DNA from: Spirochaetales bacterium
GTDB taxonomy: Bacteria > Spirochaetota > Spirochaetia > DSM-27196 > Alkalispirochaetaceae
DNA: 47,377 bases
Reading direction: 5' to 3'
Assembly (NCBI GenBank): GCA_028282545.1
Contig: JANQHT010000158.1
Location: forward strand, 1-47,377
The notes beneath the pieces were generated by a model. That model had not been told where the DNA came from and did not search any database. It was given only the letters and a program-made list of their open reading frames with translations. Positions within the stretch are counted from its first letter, which is position 1; the number at the start of each line of letters is the position of its first letter. A program made the translations under genes and the position numbers. Positions 17,245 through 26,195 of the stretch are shown piece after piece.

Positions 17245-18852
17245 ACGGTCGGCCCCGGCGCGGATCGCTTGGCTGGCGGCGTTGTAGGTAAAACTGATGT
17301 TTACGCCGAGGCCGGTGTTGATGATGTCGTGCAGGAGATGGGTGAGAAGCTTCACGTAGGCCTCTCCGTGAAACTCTCCCGCTTTGCGGAGGATCAGGGG
17401 GCTCAGGTCGTGGGTCCTGTTCAACTCGGATATGCGCCGGGTGATGCCGGGAAAGAACTCCCGGATATTGTGATAGAAGTCACCGTGGTACTCTTCGTCC
17501 CGCCGTATCAGCCGTGCGATCTGCCGGCGGCGATCACGGACCGTCCGCCCCCGGGCGTCACTGCGCGCGGGGACGAGCTGCTTCAGCCGGGGAGCCGCAT
17601 CTCCCTCCACGAGTTCCAGTTCCGCCGCCAGATAGAAGAGCGCCAGAGAGCCGGCGTTGAGCGCGTACGGTGACAGCTCCTTTTCCGCCGATAGGAGGCG
17701 CAAAAGGCGCGGCACAGCGTTATTCACGATACGGGCGCGGTCCAGGGACCCCGATTGCATAAACCCGCGCTGCGCGTTGACCAGCTCTTCCGTGGCGTCA
17801 TCCATGATTGAGAGCACCCGCGCCAGTTCACCCCGCAGCTCATCTTTGGCGGCGTCCCGAATCGTGATGAGCACCGCCTTTGCCTGCTCGCGGGTAAAGG
17901 TCTGGAGTTTCGTCTTCTTGCCGAGTCGCAACAGCAACTGCTGGAGGTTGCCGAGCGTCTGGGATTCGACCAGCCCTGCCAGAAAACGATCGAGGTCCCG
18001 GAGGTACCCCGCGGGATTGGACAGATCGCGATTGCGGAGGAGGTAAAAGCCGATCAGGTCCCGCGTCTTCCGGCCCACCGGGAGGCGCCGGGTAAGGTCG
18101 TGAATACGCTCACCGAGCACCAATTCGATCACTTCCCGGAGCTTTCCGTAGACCGTCACCTGCGGGTCCAGCTCGGTCTGCAACAGGTTGAGAGCGGGAT
18201 CGGGCGGCACAAAGGCGATGTCCCGCAGGAACCGGATAGACTCGGAATCGATTTTCAGGTCATCCAGGACGTACCGGTTGTAGTTTTCCACCACTGCCCG
18301 CGGGTTGAATCCCGTTTCCGTTGCGGGCCGGTAGCGGTTGTGCCAGAGCAGAATACGGATGTGGGGCCGGATCTCGAGGGCGCTCTTGATGTAACCACCG
18401 GCGGAAACGTGCGATGTCGGTTCCGCGTTGGTCACGACGAGCAAATTGTTTACAAAGGGCAGGAAGTCGAGGTTCTCCTCGTTGCTGATCCCGGCGGGCA
18501 TGTCGAATACGAGGAGATCATAGGCACGCGTGAGATCTTCGGCGAAACGGAGGAAGAGTCTCTTCTTGCGGCCCGACGCGCCGGTCTCCCTCGTTGCCGC
18601 GTGGGGAAAGACGATATCGAGACCGTCGAAACAGGAGTAGGTGAAGGTCGAGAGGCGCCCCGGCGCGACGGGATCGCTCTCTACGTCGTGAAGGGCGTTG
18701 GAATCCACGTCGAGAATAACGGCGATATTCGAGAGCGGGTCCAGGTCTATCAGGCCCACGCGCTTGCCGATTTTCGCGTAGAGGAGCGCCAAGTTTAGGG
18801 CGGTTGTCGATTTTCCCACACCGCCCTTGCCGGAACCGACGGCGACGCTCAT
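17221..18852 (-). CDS. ParA/MinD-family P-loop ATPase with a ~300-aa helical C-terminal extension of unknown function
   Basis: Deviant Walker A MSVAVGSGKGGVGKSTTALNLA. The ATPase core covers ~250 aa. The remaining ~290 aa are R/L-rich and predicted helical, with no recognisable family. Confidence 0.7.
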   Translation of the reverse strand: MSVAVGSGKGGVGKSTTALNLALLYAKIGKRVGLIDLDPLSNIAVILDVDSNALHDVESDPVAPGRLSTFTYSCFDGLDIVFPHAATRETGASGRKKRLFLRFAEDLTRAYDLLVFDMPAGISNEENLDFLPFVNNLLVVTNAEPTSHVSAGGYIKSALEIRPHIRILLWHNRYRPATETGFNPRAVVENYNRYVLDDLKIDSESIRFLRDIAFVPPDPALNLLQTELDPQVTVYGKLREVIELVLGERIHDLTRRLPVGRKTRDLIGFYLLRNRDLSNPAGYLRDLDRFLAGLVESQTLGNLQQLLLRLGKKTKLQTFTREQAKAVLITIRDAAKDELRGELARVLSIMDDATEELVNAQRGFMQSGSLDRARIVNNAVPRLLRLLSAEKELSPYALNAGSLALFYLAAELELVEGDAAPRLKQLVPARSDARGRTVRDRRRQIARLIRRDEEYHGDFYHNIREFFPGITRRISELNRTHDLSPLILRKAGEFHGEAYVKLLTHLLHDIINTGLGVNISFTYNAASQAIRAGADRLLELVEP

Positions 18853-18908
18853 CCTCCGAATGGCCTGGACCGTTTCTTTTTCCACCGCGCAGATAGTACC
18901 ATGGCCCC

Positions 18909-19712
18909 ATGACAAAGTCTCCCAAGGAGGCGGGGCTGGACCGCAAAATCCTCGCCCTCCTCCCCGACTCAATCACCCCGGTGGCCGACGCCATGCTCCA
19001 CGATGACGAGATCAAAGCGCTCCAGGACTACGCCAACGTAGTGAGCATCAAGCGATTGGGCTACAACGACCACGGGCCCGTCCACATGCGAAAGGTGGCG
19101 CGAAACGCCCTCCGGATGGCGCGACTCTTGAACGACGCGGGTATTCCCCTCAGCGTAGAGGAAGAAGAACAGGGCACCCACGCCGACGCGCTCTTTGCCG
19201 TCTTTACCGCCGGGCTTCTGCACGACGTGGGAATGAGTATGACGCGGCAGGACCACGAGAACTACAGCGCCCTCCTGGCGCAGCCGATCGTGGACCGTTT
19301 TCTCGGTGACCTCTACCCCCGGGACGGCGCAAAACGCGTCATCCTTCGTTCGCTCATCCTCGAAGCGATCGTGGGCCACATGGGAGCGATCCGCGTCAAC
19401 TCCCTGGAGGCGGGTCTGATTCTCGTCGCCGACGGATGCGACATGGAAAAGGGTCGCGCCCGCATCCCCATGCTCCTCAACACCGAGGCGCGCCCCGGAG
19501 ACATTCACAAGTACTCTTCCACGGCGGTGGAACGGATCACCTTCTACGGCGGCGAAGAGAAACCCATCAGGATCGACATCGAGATGAACGAATCGGTGGG
19601 TTTCTTCCAGGTGGAGGAAGTTCTCTTCCCGAAACTCAATATGAGCCCCGCCAAGAGGTACATCGAACTCTACGCCGGCGTCATCGACCAAGAGGCGCGG
19701 CGGTACGTGTAG
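18909..19712 (+). CDS. HD-domain metal-dependent phosphohydrolase
   Basis: H...HD pattern (HGPVHMRKVA ... LLHDVGM ...) in a 267-aa protein. Confidence 0.7.
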   Translation: MTKSPKEAGLDRKILALLPDSITPVADAMLHDDEIKALQDYANVVSIKRLGYNDHGPVHMRKVARNALRMARLLNDAGIPLSVEEEEQGTHADALFAVFTAGLLHDVGMSMTRQDHENYSALLAQPIVDRFLGDLYPRDGAKRVILRSLILEAIVGHMGAIRVNSLEAGLILVADGCDMEKGRARIPMLLNTEARPGDIHKYSSTAVERITFYGGEEKPIRIDIEMNESVGFFQVEEVLFPKLNMSPAKRYIELYAGVIDQEARRYV

Positions 19713-19723
19713 GAACGGCGCCG

Positions 19724-20689
19724 CTACTCCTCCCCGGCCAGGAGCCGCTCCGCTTCGAGGGCTGCCATGCACCCGCTGCCCGCGGCGGTTACCGCCTGCC
19801 GGTACACCTTGTCCTGCACGTCGCCGGCGGCGAACACGCCGGTGATATTGGTGCGGGGAGTCCCGTTTTCCGTGATGATGTAGCCCGTTTCATCGGTAGG
19901 AAGCTGTCCCTTCAAAAACTCGGTGTTGGGTTGGTGGCCGATCGCGAAAAAGAGGCCCCCCGCTTCGAGCATTTGCTCCTCCCCCGATTTGTTGTTACGC
20001 ACCTTCACGCCGGTAATCACCGTGTCGTCGCCGAGCACCTCGATCGCGTTGTGGTTCCACATGACTTCGATTTTGGGGTTGTCGAAGACGCGTTTCTGCA
20101 TCGCCTGGGAGGCGCGGAAGACGTCACGACGGACCAGCATGATCACCTTTGATCCGAACTTGGAGAGGTAGGTGGCCTCTTCGCAGGCCGTATCGCCGCC
20201 GCCGATCACGACGAGGGGTTTGTCCCGGAAGATCGGCAGCGCTCCGTCGCAGACGGCGCACGCGGAGATCCCCCGCTGCCAGTACGTCGCTTCACCCGGA
20301 AGATCGAGGCGTTTTGCCGTTGCACCGGTAGCTATGATCACCGTTTTCGCGGAGTACTCCCTGCTTCCCACGCTTACGCGAAAGGGCCGGCTGGACATAT
20401 CGATCGCATCCACCGTTTCGGTCTTGATGCGCGTACCGTACCGCACCGACTGCTTGCGCATCTCATCCATGAGCGCGGGCCCCATGATCCCCTCGGAAAA
20501 ACCGGGGAAATTCTCGACCTCCGTCGTGGTGGTAAGCTGGCCGCCCGCTGCGACCCCGCCCGCCATAAACCCTTCGAACAAAAGCGGGCCCAGATCGGCC
20601 CGGGCCGCGTAGATCGCCGCCGTATGGGCGGCGGGGCCCGACCCGACGATGATTACGTTCTCTACCTGCTGCTCCAGCTGATCACTCAT
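19724..20689 (-). CDS. trxB: Thioredoxin-disulfide reductase
   Basis: FAD site [20 protein letters not shown], redox-active CAVCDG, NADPH site [15 protein letters not shown] at 20689 (MSDQLEQQ...). Confidence 0.9.
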   Translation of the reverse strand: MSDQLEQQVENVIIVGSGPAAHTAAIYAARADLGPLLFEGFMAGGVAAGGQLTTTTEVENFPGFSEGIMGPALMDEMRKQSVRYGTRIKTETVDAIDMSSRPFRVSVGSREYSAKTVIIATGATAKRLDLPGEATYWQRGISACAVCDGALPIFRDKPLVVIGGGDTACEEATYLSKFGSKVIMLVRRDVFRASQAMQKRVFDNPKIEVMWNHNAIEVLGDDTVITGVKVRNNKSGEEQMLEAGGLFFAIGHQPNTEFLKGQLPTDETGYIITENGTPRTNITGVFAAGDVQDKVYRQAVTAAGSGCMAALEAERLLAGEE

Positions 20690-20722
20690 TTCCGTCCACT
20701 CCAATCGCGTTATGTAAGATTT

Positions 20723-20736
20723 TTTCTATATAGAAA
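20723..20736. promoter_or_regulatory. 14-bp perfect palindrome TTTCTATATAGAAA in the AT-rich trxB upstream region: candidate operator overlapping the trxB promoter.
   Basis: The sequence is its own reverse complement. It lies ~35 bp upstream of the trxB ATG, in the only AT-rich patch of this intergenic region. Confidence 0.35.
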
Positions 20737-20802
20737 TATACTAAAACCAGTCGACTCGGACAAGCGCCTTGAGCATACAGCGAGCGGCGAATCGGCGCCG
20801 GC

Positions 20803-20872
20803 CCGGTAATTTTCAGTATGGACGGAGGGCGACGAGCCCTCCGACGAAATTGTCTCCAGCCAAACAAGAAAC
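20803..20872 (+). repeat. Copy B of the ~70-bp hairpin element (tatggacGGAGGGCgacgaGCCCTCCgacgaaattgtctc), in inverted orientation relative to copy A.
   Basis: 39/40 identity to the reverse complement of 127-166, plus flanking similarity. Confidence 0.5.
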
Positions 20873-20892
20873 AGTGCGCCGGCCACCGCGCG

Positions 20893-20921
20893 TTGACAGC
20901 TCAATCGTCGCGGCATACGAT
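20893..20921 (+). promoter_or_regulatory. sigma70-like promoter TTGACA-17-TACGAT abutting the DHOD-like start codon. Leaderless or very short leader.
   Basis: TTGACA at 20893-20898, 17-nt spacer, TACGAT at 20916-20921. ATG (MADLRV) at 20929. Confidence 0.4.
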
Positions 20922-20928
20922 GCTATGT

Positions 20929-21906
20929 ATGGCTGATCTGCGTGTTTCCTACCTCGGGCTTTCCCTGGACAATCCAGTTGTCGTTTCCAGCTCATCCCTG
21001 ACAAACACGGCGGAAAAGGTAGCCGCCTGCGCGAAGGCCGGGGCCGGGGCCGTTGTGTTAAAGTCGTTGTTCGAGGAGGAGATCGAAGCGGAGATCGCCG
21101 AAACAGCGCGGGACAGCGTTGAACACACCGAAGCGGCCGACTACATCCGGGAACTACAGACCGGTGCGGGCCTCAAACGATACGCCGATGTCATCCGCGG
21201 CGCAAAGGGCGCCGTCTCGATCCCGGTCATTGCGAGCATCAACGCCGTCTCCTCGAACTGGTGGGAAGCGCACGTCCCCAGGCTCGAATCCGCCGGGGCT
21301 GACGCCCTGGAGCTCAATATCTCGCTCATGCCCTACGACTACCACAAGGACGACGAGGAAGTCGCCGCCTTCTACGTAAAAACGGTCGAGGCGGTTCGAA
21401 AGCTCGTCTCGATCCCGATAGCCGTCAAGATCGGACACTATTTTTCATCGATTCCGGCGCTCGTGGACAAGCTCAAATGGGCCGGTGCCGACGCCGTTGT
21501 GCTCTTCAACCGGTTCTACCGCGTAGACATAGACACGGACTCGCTAACACTGACGAGCGCCTCTCCGATGAGTTCGCCGGAAGAGATCGCTCTCCCGATC
21601 CGCTGGATCAGCCTGATGTACGGCCGGGAGGAGGTCGAGCTTGCCGCCAGTTCCGGTATCCACGACGGCAAGGGGGTGGCGAAAGTGCTGCTTGCCGGCG
21701 CGCAGGTGGCTCAGGTTTGCACCACCCTCTACAGGAACGGTCTCGATCGAATTGGCGTGATCAAAGGCGATCTGGAGGTGTGGATGGACGCGAAGGGGTT
21801 TGCATCTATCGACGATATGCGCGGTCGCCTGAGCCGGAAAATGAGCGACAGACCCGAGACGTACGAACGCCTACAGTACGTGAAAGCTCTGGTTGGCTGG
21901 GAATAG
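20929..21906 (+). CDS. Dihydroorotate-dehydrogenase-family flavoprotein (PreA/DHOD class-1-like, without the ferredoxin domain)
   Basis: MADLRVSYLGLSLDNPVVVSSSSL...AGAGAVVLKSLFEEE matches the PreA/DHOD N-terminus. TIM-barrel length ~325 aa. Confidence 0.75.
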   Translation: MADLRVSYLGLSLDNPVVVSSSSLTNTAEKVAACAKAGAGAVVLKSLFEEEIEAEIAETARDSVEHTEAADYIRELQTGAGLKRYADVIRGAKGAVSIPVIASINAVSSNWWEAHVPRLESAGADALELNISLMPYDYHKDDEEVAAFYVKTVEAVRKLVSIPIAVKIGHYFSSIPALVDKLKWAGADAVVLFNRFYRVDIDTDSLTLTSASPMSSPEEIALPIRWISLMYGREEVELAASSGIHDGKGVAKVLLAGAQVAQVCTTLYRNGLDRIGVIKGDLEVWMDAKGFASIDDMRGRLSRKMSDRPETYERLQYVKALVGWE

Positions 21907-21918
21907 ACAACGAATCCC

Positions 21919-22752
21919 TTGGACACTTCCGTGAACGCCGATGAACTGCTCGCAACCGCGATTGACGCTGCCCGGCTGGGCGCACGGCTCAACAGGTCCG
22001 CCTTTGCAGCGGCACGGCACCGGGTGGAAAGCAAGGGAGCCGTGGCGGCAAACACCGTCACCGAGACCGATCGTTCGACGGAACGGTCGATTCGTTCGTT
22101 CATAGCCGGGCGATATCCGGATCACGCCTTCCTCGGCGAAGAATCGGGGGCCTCCTCGGAGGGACCGGTCGACGGCGACGAGAGCGGTCCCGTTTGGATC
22201 GTAGACCCTCTGGACGGGACCAATAACTTCATCCACGGTTTCCCCCACTACGCCGTCTCGGTAGCATGCGCCCAAAACGGCAAAGTCCAGGCCGGTGCCG
22301 TTCTCGACGTGGAACGGGACGAACTCTTCTGCGCGATCCGTGGCAGCGGTGCGTGGTTGAGAACCGGAGACGAACGCGTCGCACTGGGTACCACGGGCCG
22401 CACCACCCCGGAAGGATCGCTCATCATCACCGGTTTCTACTACGAACGCGGCGCAGTCATGCGGCAAACGCTGGACGTTATCGCAACGCTTTTCGAACGG
22501 GGGATCCACGGTATCAGGCGAACCGGTTCCGCGGCGCTCGACATCTGCTGGGTGGCGGCGGCGCGCGCCGATGCGTTTTTCGAACTCGTCCAGAGTCCGT
22601 GGGACTTTGCCGCGGCGGCACTGATCGCGGAAGAGGCGGGGGCAACCGCGATCGATCGCGACGGCGAGGCGCTGTGCCTCCGTTCCAATAGTGCTATCAT
22701 AGGAAGCGCGCCGCTCGCAGAGACCATCCGGGCGATCGTACAAGGAGGATAG
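21919..22752 (+). CDS. Inositol-monophosphatase family protein (SuhB/IMPase-like)
   Basis: Motifs FLGEESG, WIVDPLDGTNNFIHGFP and WDFAAAALI. Confidence 0.85.
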   Translation: MDTSVNADELLATAIDAARLGARLNRSAFAAARHRVESKGAVAANTVTETDRSTERSIRSFIAGRYPDHAFLGEESGASSEGPVDGDESGPVWIVDPLDGTNNFIHGFPHYAVSVACAQNGKVQAGAVLDVERDELFCAIRGSGAWLRTGDERVALGTTGRTTPEGSLIITGFYYERGAVMRQTLDVIATLFERGIHGIRRTGSAALDICWVAAARADAFFELVQSPWDFAAAALIAEEAGATAIDRDGEALCLRSNSAIIGSAPLAETIRAIVQGG

Positions 22753-22757
22753 ATCCG

Positions 22758-23291
22758 GTGGAAATCGTCAACGTTCAGCGGGAAAATCTCGTGGAGGAAT
22801 TCAAAAAGGTGCGCCTCTTCAAGTACCTCTCGGATGAAGCGTTGATGGATTTGCTCGACCGATCCGATTTTGTGCGCGCCGCCGCGGGCGAACGGATCAT
22901 CGAAGAACACGCCGTCGATTCGTACTTGTACGTCGTGGTCGAACACTGCGTAGCCGTCCATGTCAATGAAGACGGCCAGGATGTGTACGTGGCAACGATC
23001 GGTATCGGACAGCTCGTGGGAGAAGCGGCGGTATTCTCCAACTTCAGGCGAACCGCAAGCGTCGTGGCCCAGGAGGAGATGGTTCTGGTACGCATCACCC
23101 GGGACGAGTTCATGCGGACCCTGCAGGAAAACCCCGCGCCGGGCTTAAAGATCCTCTTCGTAATCATCCACGGACTGCTCACCAAGCTACGCGAGGTGAA
23201 TCTCGAACTCGCCTTTGAACGGCGCCACCAGTCCGACCAGGACGAAGTTGACGCTATCGTCAATTCGCTCCTGGGGAACGGCGACGAGTAG
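22758..23291 (+). CDS. Stand-alone cyclic-nucleotide-binding (CAP-effector) domain protein without an HTH
   Basis: cNMP-binding beta-barrel features (GQLVGEAAVFSNFRRTASVVA) in a 177-aa protein with no DNA-binding domain. Confidence 0.7.
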   Translation: MEIVNVQRENLVEEFKKVRLFKYLSDEALMDLLDRSDFVRAAAGERIIEEHAVDSYLYVVVEHCVAVHVNEDGQDVYVATIGIGQLVGEAAVFSNFRRTASVVAQEEMVLVRITRDEFMRTLQENPAPGLKILFVIIHGLLTKLREVNLELAFERRHQSDQDEVDAIVNSLLGNGDE

Positions 23292-23306
23292 CGCCCTGCC
23301 GGCCGC

Positions 23307-23882
23307 CTAGACCATCCCCGTAAAACCGCCGAAGGCGAGCGCCAGGAGCCCCGCCGTTACCAGCGCAATGGGGGCGCCGCGCATCGCTTTGGGAACGTTC
23401 ACGAGCGCCAGGCGCTCCCGAATACCGGCGAAAATATAGAGGGCCAGCAGGAATCCCGCCGAACTGCCGATCGCGAAAACGACGCTCTGTCCGAGGTTGT
23501 ACCCCCGGGTGACCACCAGAATCGCCACGCCCAGGATGGCGCAGTTCGTCGTGATGAGCGGCAGATAGACGCCCAGCGCCTGGTAGAGGGGCGGGCTCAC
23601 CTTCTTGAGAACGATCTCAACCAGCTGCACCAGGGACGCGATGACCAGGATGAAGGTCACCGTCTGCAGGAATCCGATATTGAGGGGCACCAGCACGAGG
23701 TCCTGGATGAGCCAGGCGGCGATCGTTGCCATGGTCATGACGAAGATCACCGCGGCACCCATTCCAACGGCGGTGGACGTTCGTGAACTGACGCCGAGGA
23801 AGGGGCAGATGCCCAGGAACTGGTTGAGAACGATGTTGTTTACCAGGACCGCCCCAACCAGGATCAGTGCATATTCCATCAC
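23307..23882 (-). CDS. rnfA: Rnf electron-transport complex subunit A
   Basis: RnfA/NqrE family signature ...[14 protein letters not shown]... in a 191-aa polytopic protein. Confidence 0.9.
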   Translation of the reverse strand: MMEYALILVGAVLVNNIVLNQFLGICPFLGVSSRTSTAVGMGAAVIFVMTMATIAAWLIQDLVLVPLNIGFLQTVTFILVIASLVQLVEIVLKKVSPPLYQALGVYLPLITTNCAILGVAILVVTRGYNLGQSVVFAIGSSAGFLLALYIFAGIRERLALVNVPKAMRGAPIALVTAGLLALAFGGFTGMV

Positions 23883-24637
23883 TCGCCCTCCTTCGACTCG
23901 CTCGCGCCAGGCGGGGCCGCGGCTGCGGAACGCGCCGCCTTTTTCGCCGCCAGTTCCTCGGCGGCACGCTTCGCATCGGTCGCGTCGAAGAGCGGAACGG
24001 CACCAAACCGGAACTGCGGCTCCCCGGATCGTATCGCCGCCGCGAGTTCAAACCGCGAACGGAGCGCGTTGACGCCGGCGATGAGGAACCCCAGTGCCAG
24101 GAAGGCGCCGGCGGGCATGATAAAAACGAGCATCGGGTTGGATGAGATGACCGGGATAGCAACTGTGAAGACGGTGCCGTTGCCCAGGATTTCGCGAAGC
24201 GTGCCGAGCAGTACAAGCGCCATGGTAAACCCAAGGCCCATTCCGAGCGCATCGATCACGGAAACGAGCAGACCGCTCTTGCTCGCAAAGGCCTCCGTCC
24301 GTCCAAGGATGATGCAGTTCACGACGATCAGCGGGATAAAGAGCCCCAGTTGCGCGTGAAGGGCGGGAACGTAGGCCGCCATCGTGAGATCGATGATCGT
24401 GACAAAACTCGCGATGACAACGATAAACGCCGGGATACGCACCTTGTCCGGAATGAGGTTCTTGATAAGCGCGACGACGACATTGCTTCCCAGGAGCACC
24501 ATGGTCGTTGCCAGCCCCATCCCGAGGCCGTTGAACGCGCTGCTCGTCACCCCGAGGGTGGGACACATACCCAGGAGGAGCACGAAAACGGGGTTTTCCT
24601 TAAAGAACCCCTTGGTGAACTCACTACGAAGATTCAT
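23879..24637 (-). CDS. rnfE: Rnf complex subunit E, with an Ala/Lys-rich C-terminal tail
   Basis: RnfE/NqrD family ([14 protein letters not shown]...[12 protein letters not shown]). ATGA overlap with rnfG. Confidence 0.9.
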   Translation of the reverse strand: MNLRSEFTKGFFKENPVFVLLLGMCPTLGVTSSAFNGLGMGLATTMVLLGSNVVVALIKNLIPDKVRIPAFIVVIASFVTIIDLTMAAYVPALHAQLGLFIPLIVVNCIILGRTEAFASKSGLLVSVIDALGMGLGFTMALVLLGTLREILGNGTVFTVAIPVISSNPMLVFIMPAGAFLALGFLIAGVNALRSRFELAAAIRSGEPQFRFGAVPLFDATDAKRAAEELAAKKAARSAAAAPPGASESKEGE

Positions 24638-25200
24638 CGTCCGCCTCCGGCCTGGACTGCGCTCCAGGCGCGTTGTGCCGCCTCGCAAAATGCGCGGGAG
24701 CTGATCGTAGCCGCTGTGAGGGCGTCGATGTCGCCGCCATCCTTGGTGACGGCCAGCGTCGCCCGGCCGGGGTCAAAGCCCATGAACTGGCTGAGAAACC
24801 CCGGTTCAGTCATCTTCGCGCCCAGGCCGGGCGTCTCCGTGTGCGAAAGCACCGAGACGCCGGTGATCACGCCGTCCGCGTCAAAGCCGATCATGATCTC
24901 CACCGGACCGCCGTATCCGTTGGGGCTGAACGAACGGACGGCGGTTCCAACGTCCGTTCCGCCGTCAAAGGCGGGATAGAGTTCCAATCCCGGGAAATCT
25001 CCCAGGATGTATGCGTCATCGGTCGGGACGTTCGTAAAACCTTCCACCACCTCGGCCACCGCCTGGACCTTCTTTCGGCGGTTGAGTTCCTCCAGAACGG
25101 GTTTTGTCCGACCGTAGGTAAACGCCAGGGCCGCGCCGGAAACGAGGGAAATCGCGGTCAGGACGATGAACATGTTCGGCAGCGTACTCTCTATCTTCAC
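24634..25200 (-). CDS. rnfG: Rnf complex subunit G (FMN-binding)
   Basis: Single N-terminal TM and the FMN-attachment region ...[17 protein letters not shown]... with the covalent-FMN threonine context. Confidence 0.85.
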   Translation of the reverse strand: MKIESTLPNMFIVLTAISLVSGAALAFTYGRTKPVLEELNRRKKVQAVAEVVEGFTNVPTDDAYILGDFPGLELYPAFDGGTDVGTAVRSFSPNGYGGPVEIMIGFDADGVITGVSVLSHTETPGLGAKMTEPGFLSQFMGFDPGRATLAVTKDGGDIDALTAATISSRAFCEAAQRAWSAVQAGGGR

Positions 25201-26195
25201 GACCGCCCCCCGTACCCGAACTTGCGCGGTTTGAGGTGCCGGTCAATCACCGGGACAAAGGCATTCATAATGAGAATCGAGTACGAAACACCTTCGGGGA
25301 ACCCACCGACAAGTCGAATGACCGCCGCAAGGACCCCGCCGGCAAAGGCAAATACCACCTTGCCCTTGGTAGACATCGGACTGGTGGTCATGTCGGTCAC
25401 CATGAACCAGGCGCCCAGCATCGCTCCGCCCGCAAGGAGGTGGTAGAGCGGATCGGCGTACGCCGCAGGGTCAACGAGCCAGAATACGCCGGTGACCCCC
25501 GCAAGGCCCAGCAGATAGAAGATCGGCGCCTGCCACACGATGAAACCCCGGGCAAGCAGGAACACGCCGCCGATCAGGACCGCCAGGGCGCTCGCTTCGC
25601 CGATACACCCGCCGATGGTACCCACAAAGAGGTCCCAGTATCCCGGGAGCGATCCCGAGGCGATCACGTCAGCGCCGCCTTCCTTCACCAGGCTTAGCGG
25701 TGTGGGTCCCGTTACAGCGTCAACAGACCAGGAAAAGAGACGCGCGGCACCGGGAGTCGGCCACGTGGTCATATCCACGGGAAAGCTTGCGAGCATAAAG
25801 GCGCGGCCGATGAGGGCGGGGTTGAAGGGATTGTTCCCTATTCCGCCGAAGGCCATCTTGGCGACGCCGATCGCGACGACCGACCCGACGATGATCTGCC
25901 AGAGCGGGATTCCCGCGGGGACGTTAAAGGCGAGCAGCATGCCCGTGACGACCGCGGAACCGTCCGAAACGGGCGTCGTTTCGACGCGCAACAGAACGCG
26001 CGCGACGAAGTGCTCGGTAACGACGCACGCCGCAACCGCCACGAGGGTCACCACCAGGGAACGTATCCCAAAAGTGAGGAATCCGGCGATCAGTGCCGGG
26101 ATCAGCGCGATCACGACGGACCACATGATCGTTGCCACGGAGACGCGGCTCGCCTCGTGGGGCGGGAGCGATACAACGAGCGTTGGTTGTGTCAT
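25197..26195 (-). CDS. rnfD: Rnf complex subunit D
   Basis: RnfD/NqrB family polytopic protein of 332 aa. Confidence 0.9.
   Translation of the reverse strand: MTQPTLVVSLPPHEASRVSVATIMWSVVIALIPALIAGFLTFGIRSLVVTLVAVAACVVTEHFVARVLLRVETTPVSDGSAVVTGMLLAFNVPAGIPLWQIIVGSVVAIGVAKMAFGGIGNNPFNPALIGRAFMLASFPVDMTTWPTPGAARLFSWSVDAVTGPTPLSLVKEGGADVIASGSLPGYWDLFVGTIGGCIGEASALAVLIGGVFLLARGFIVWQAPIFYLLGLAGVTGVFWLVDPAAYADPLYHLLAGGAMLGAWFMVTDMTTSPMSTKGKVVFAFAGGVLAAVIRLVGGFPEGVSYSILIMNAFVPVIDRHLKPRKFGYGGRS

Noticed and set aside
18853-18972. Upstream TTG-initiated 40-aa extension of the ParA-like ORF
   Set aside because: MinD/ParA proteins begin directly at the M..(V/I)..GKGGVGKS segment. The extension would overlap the divergent HD-gene start. 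Retained only as an alternative.
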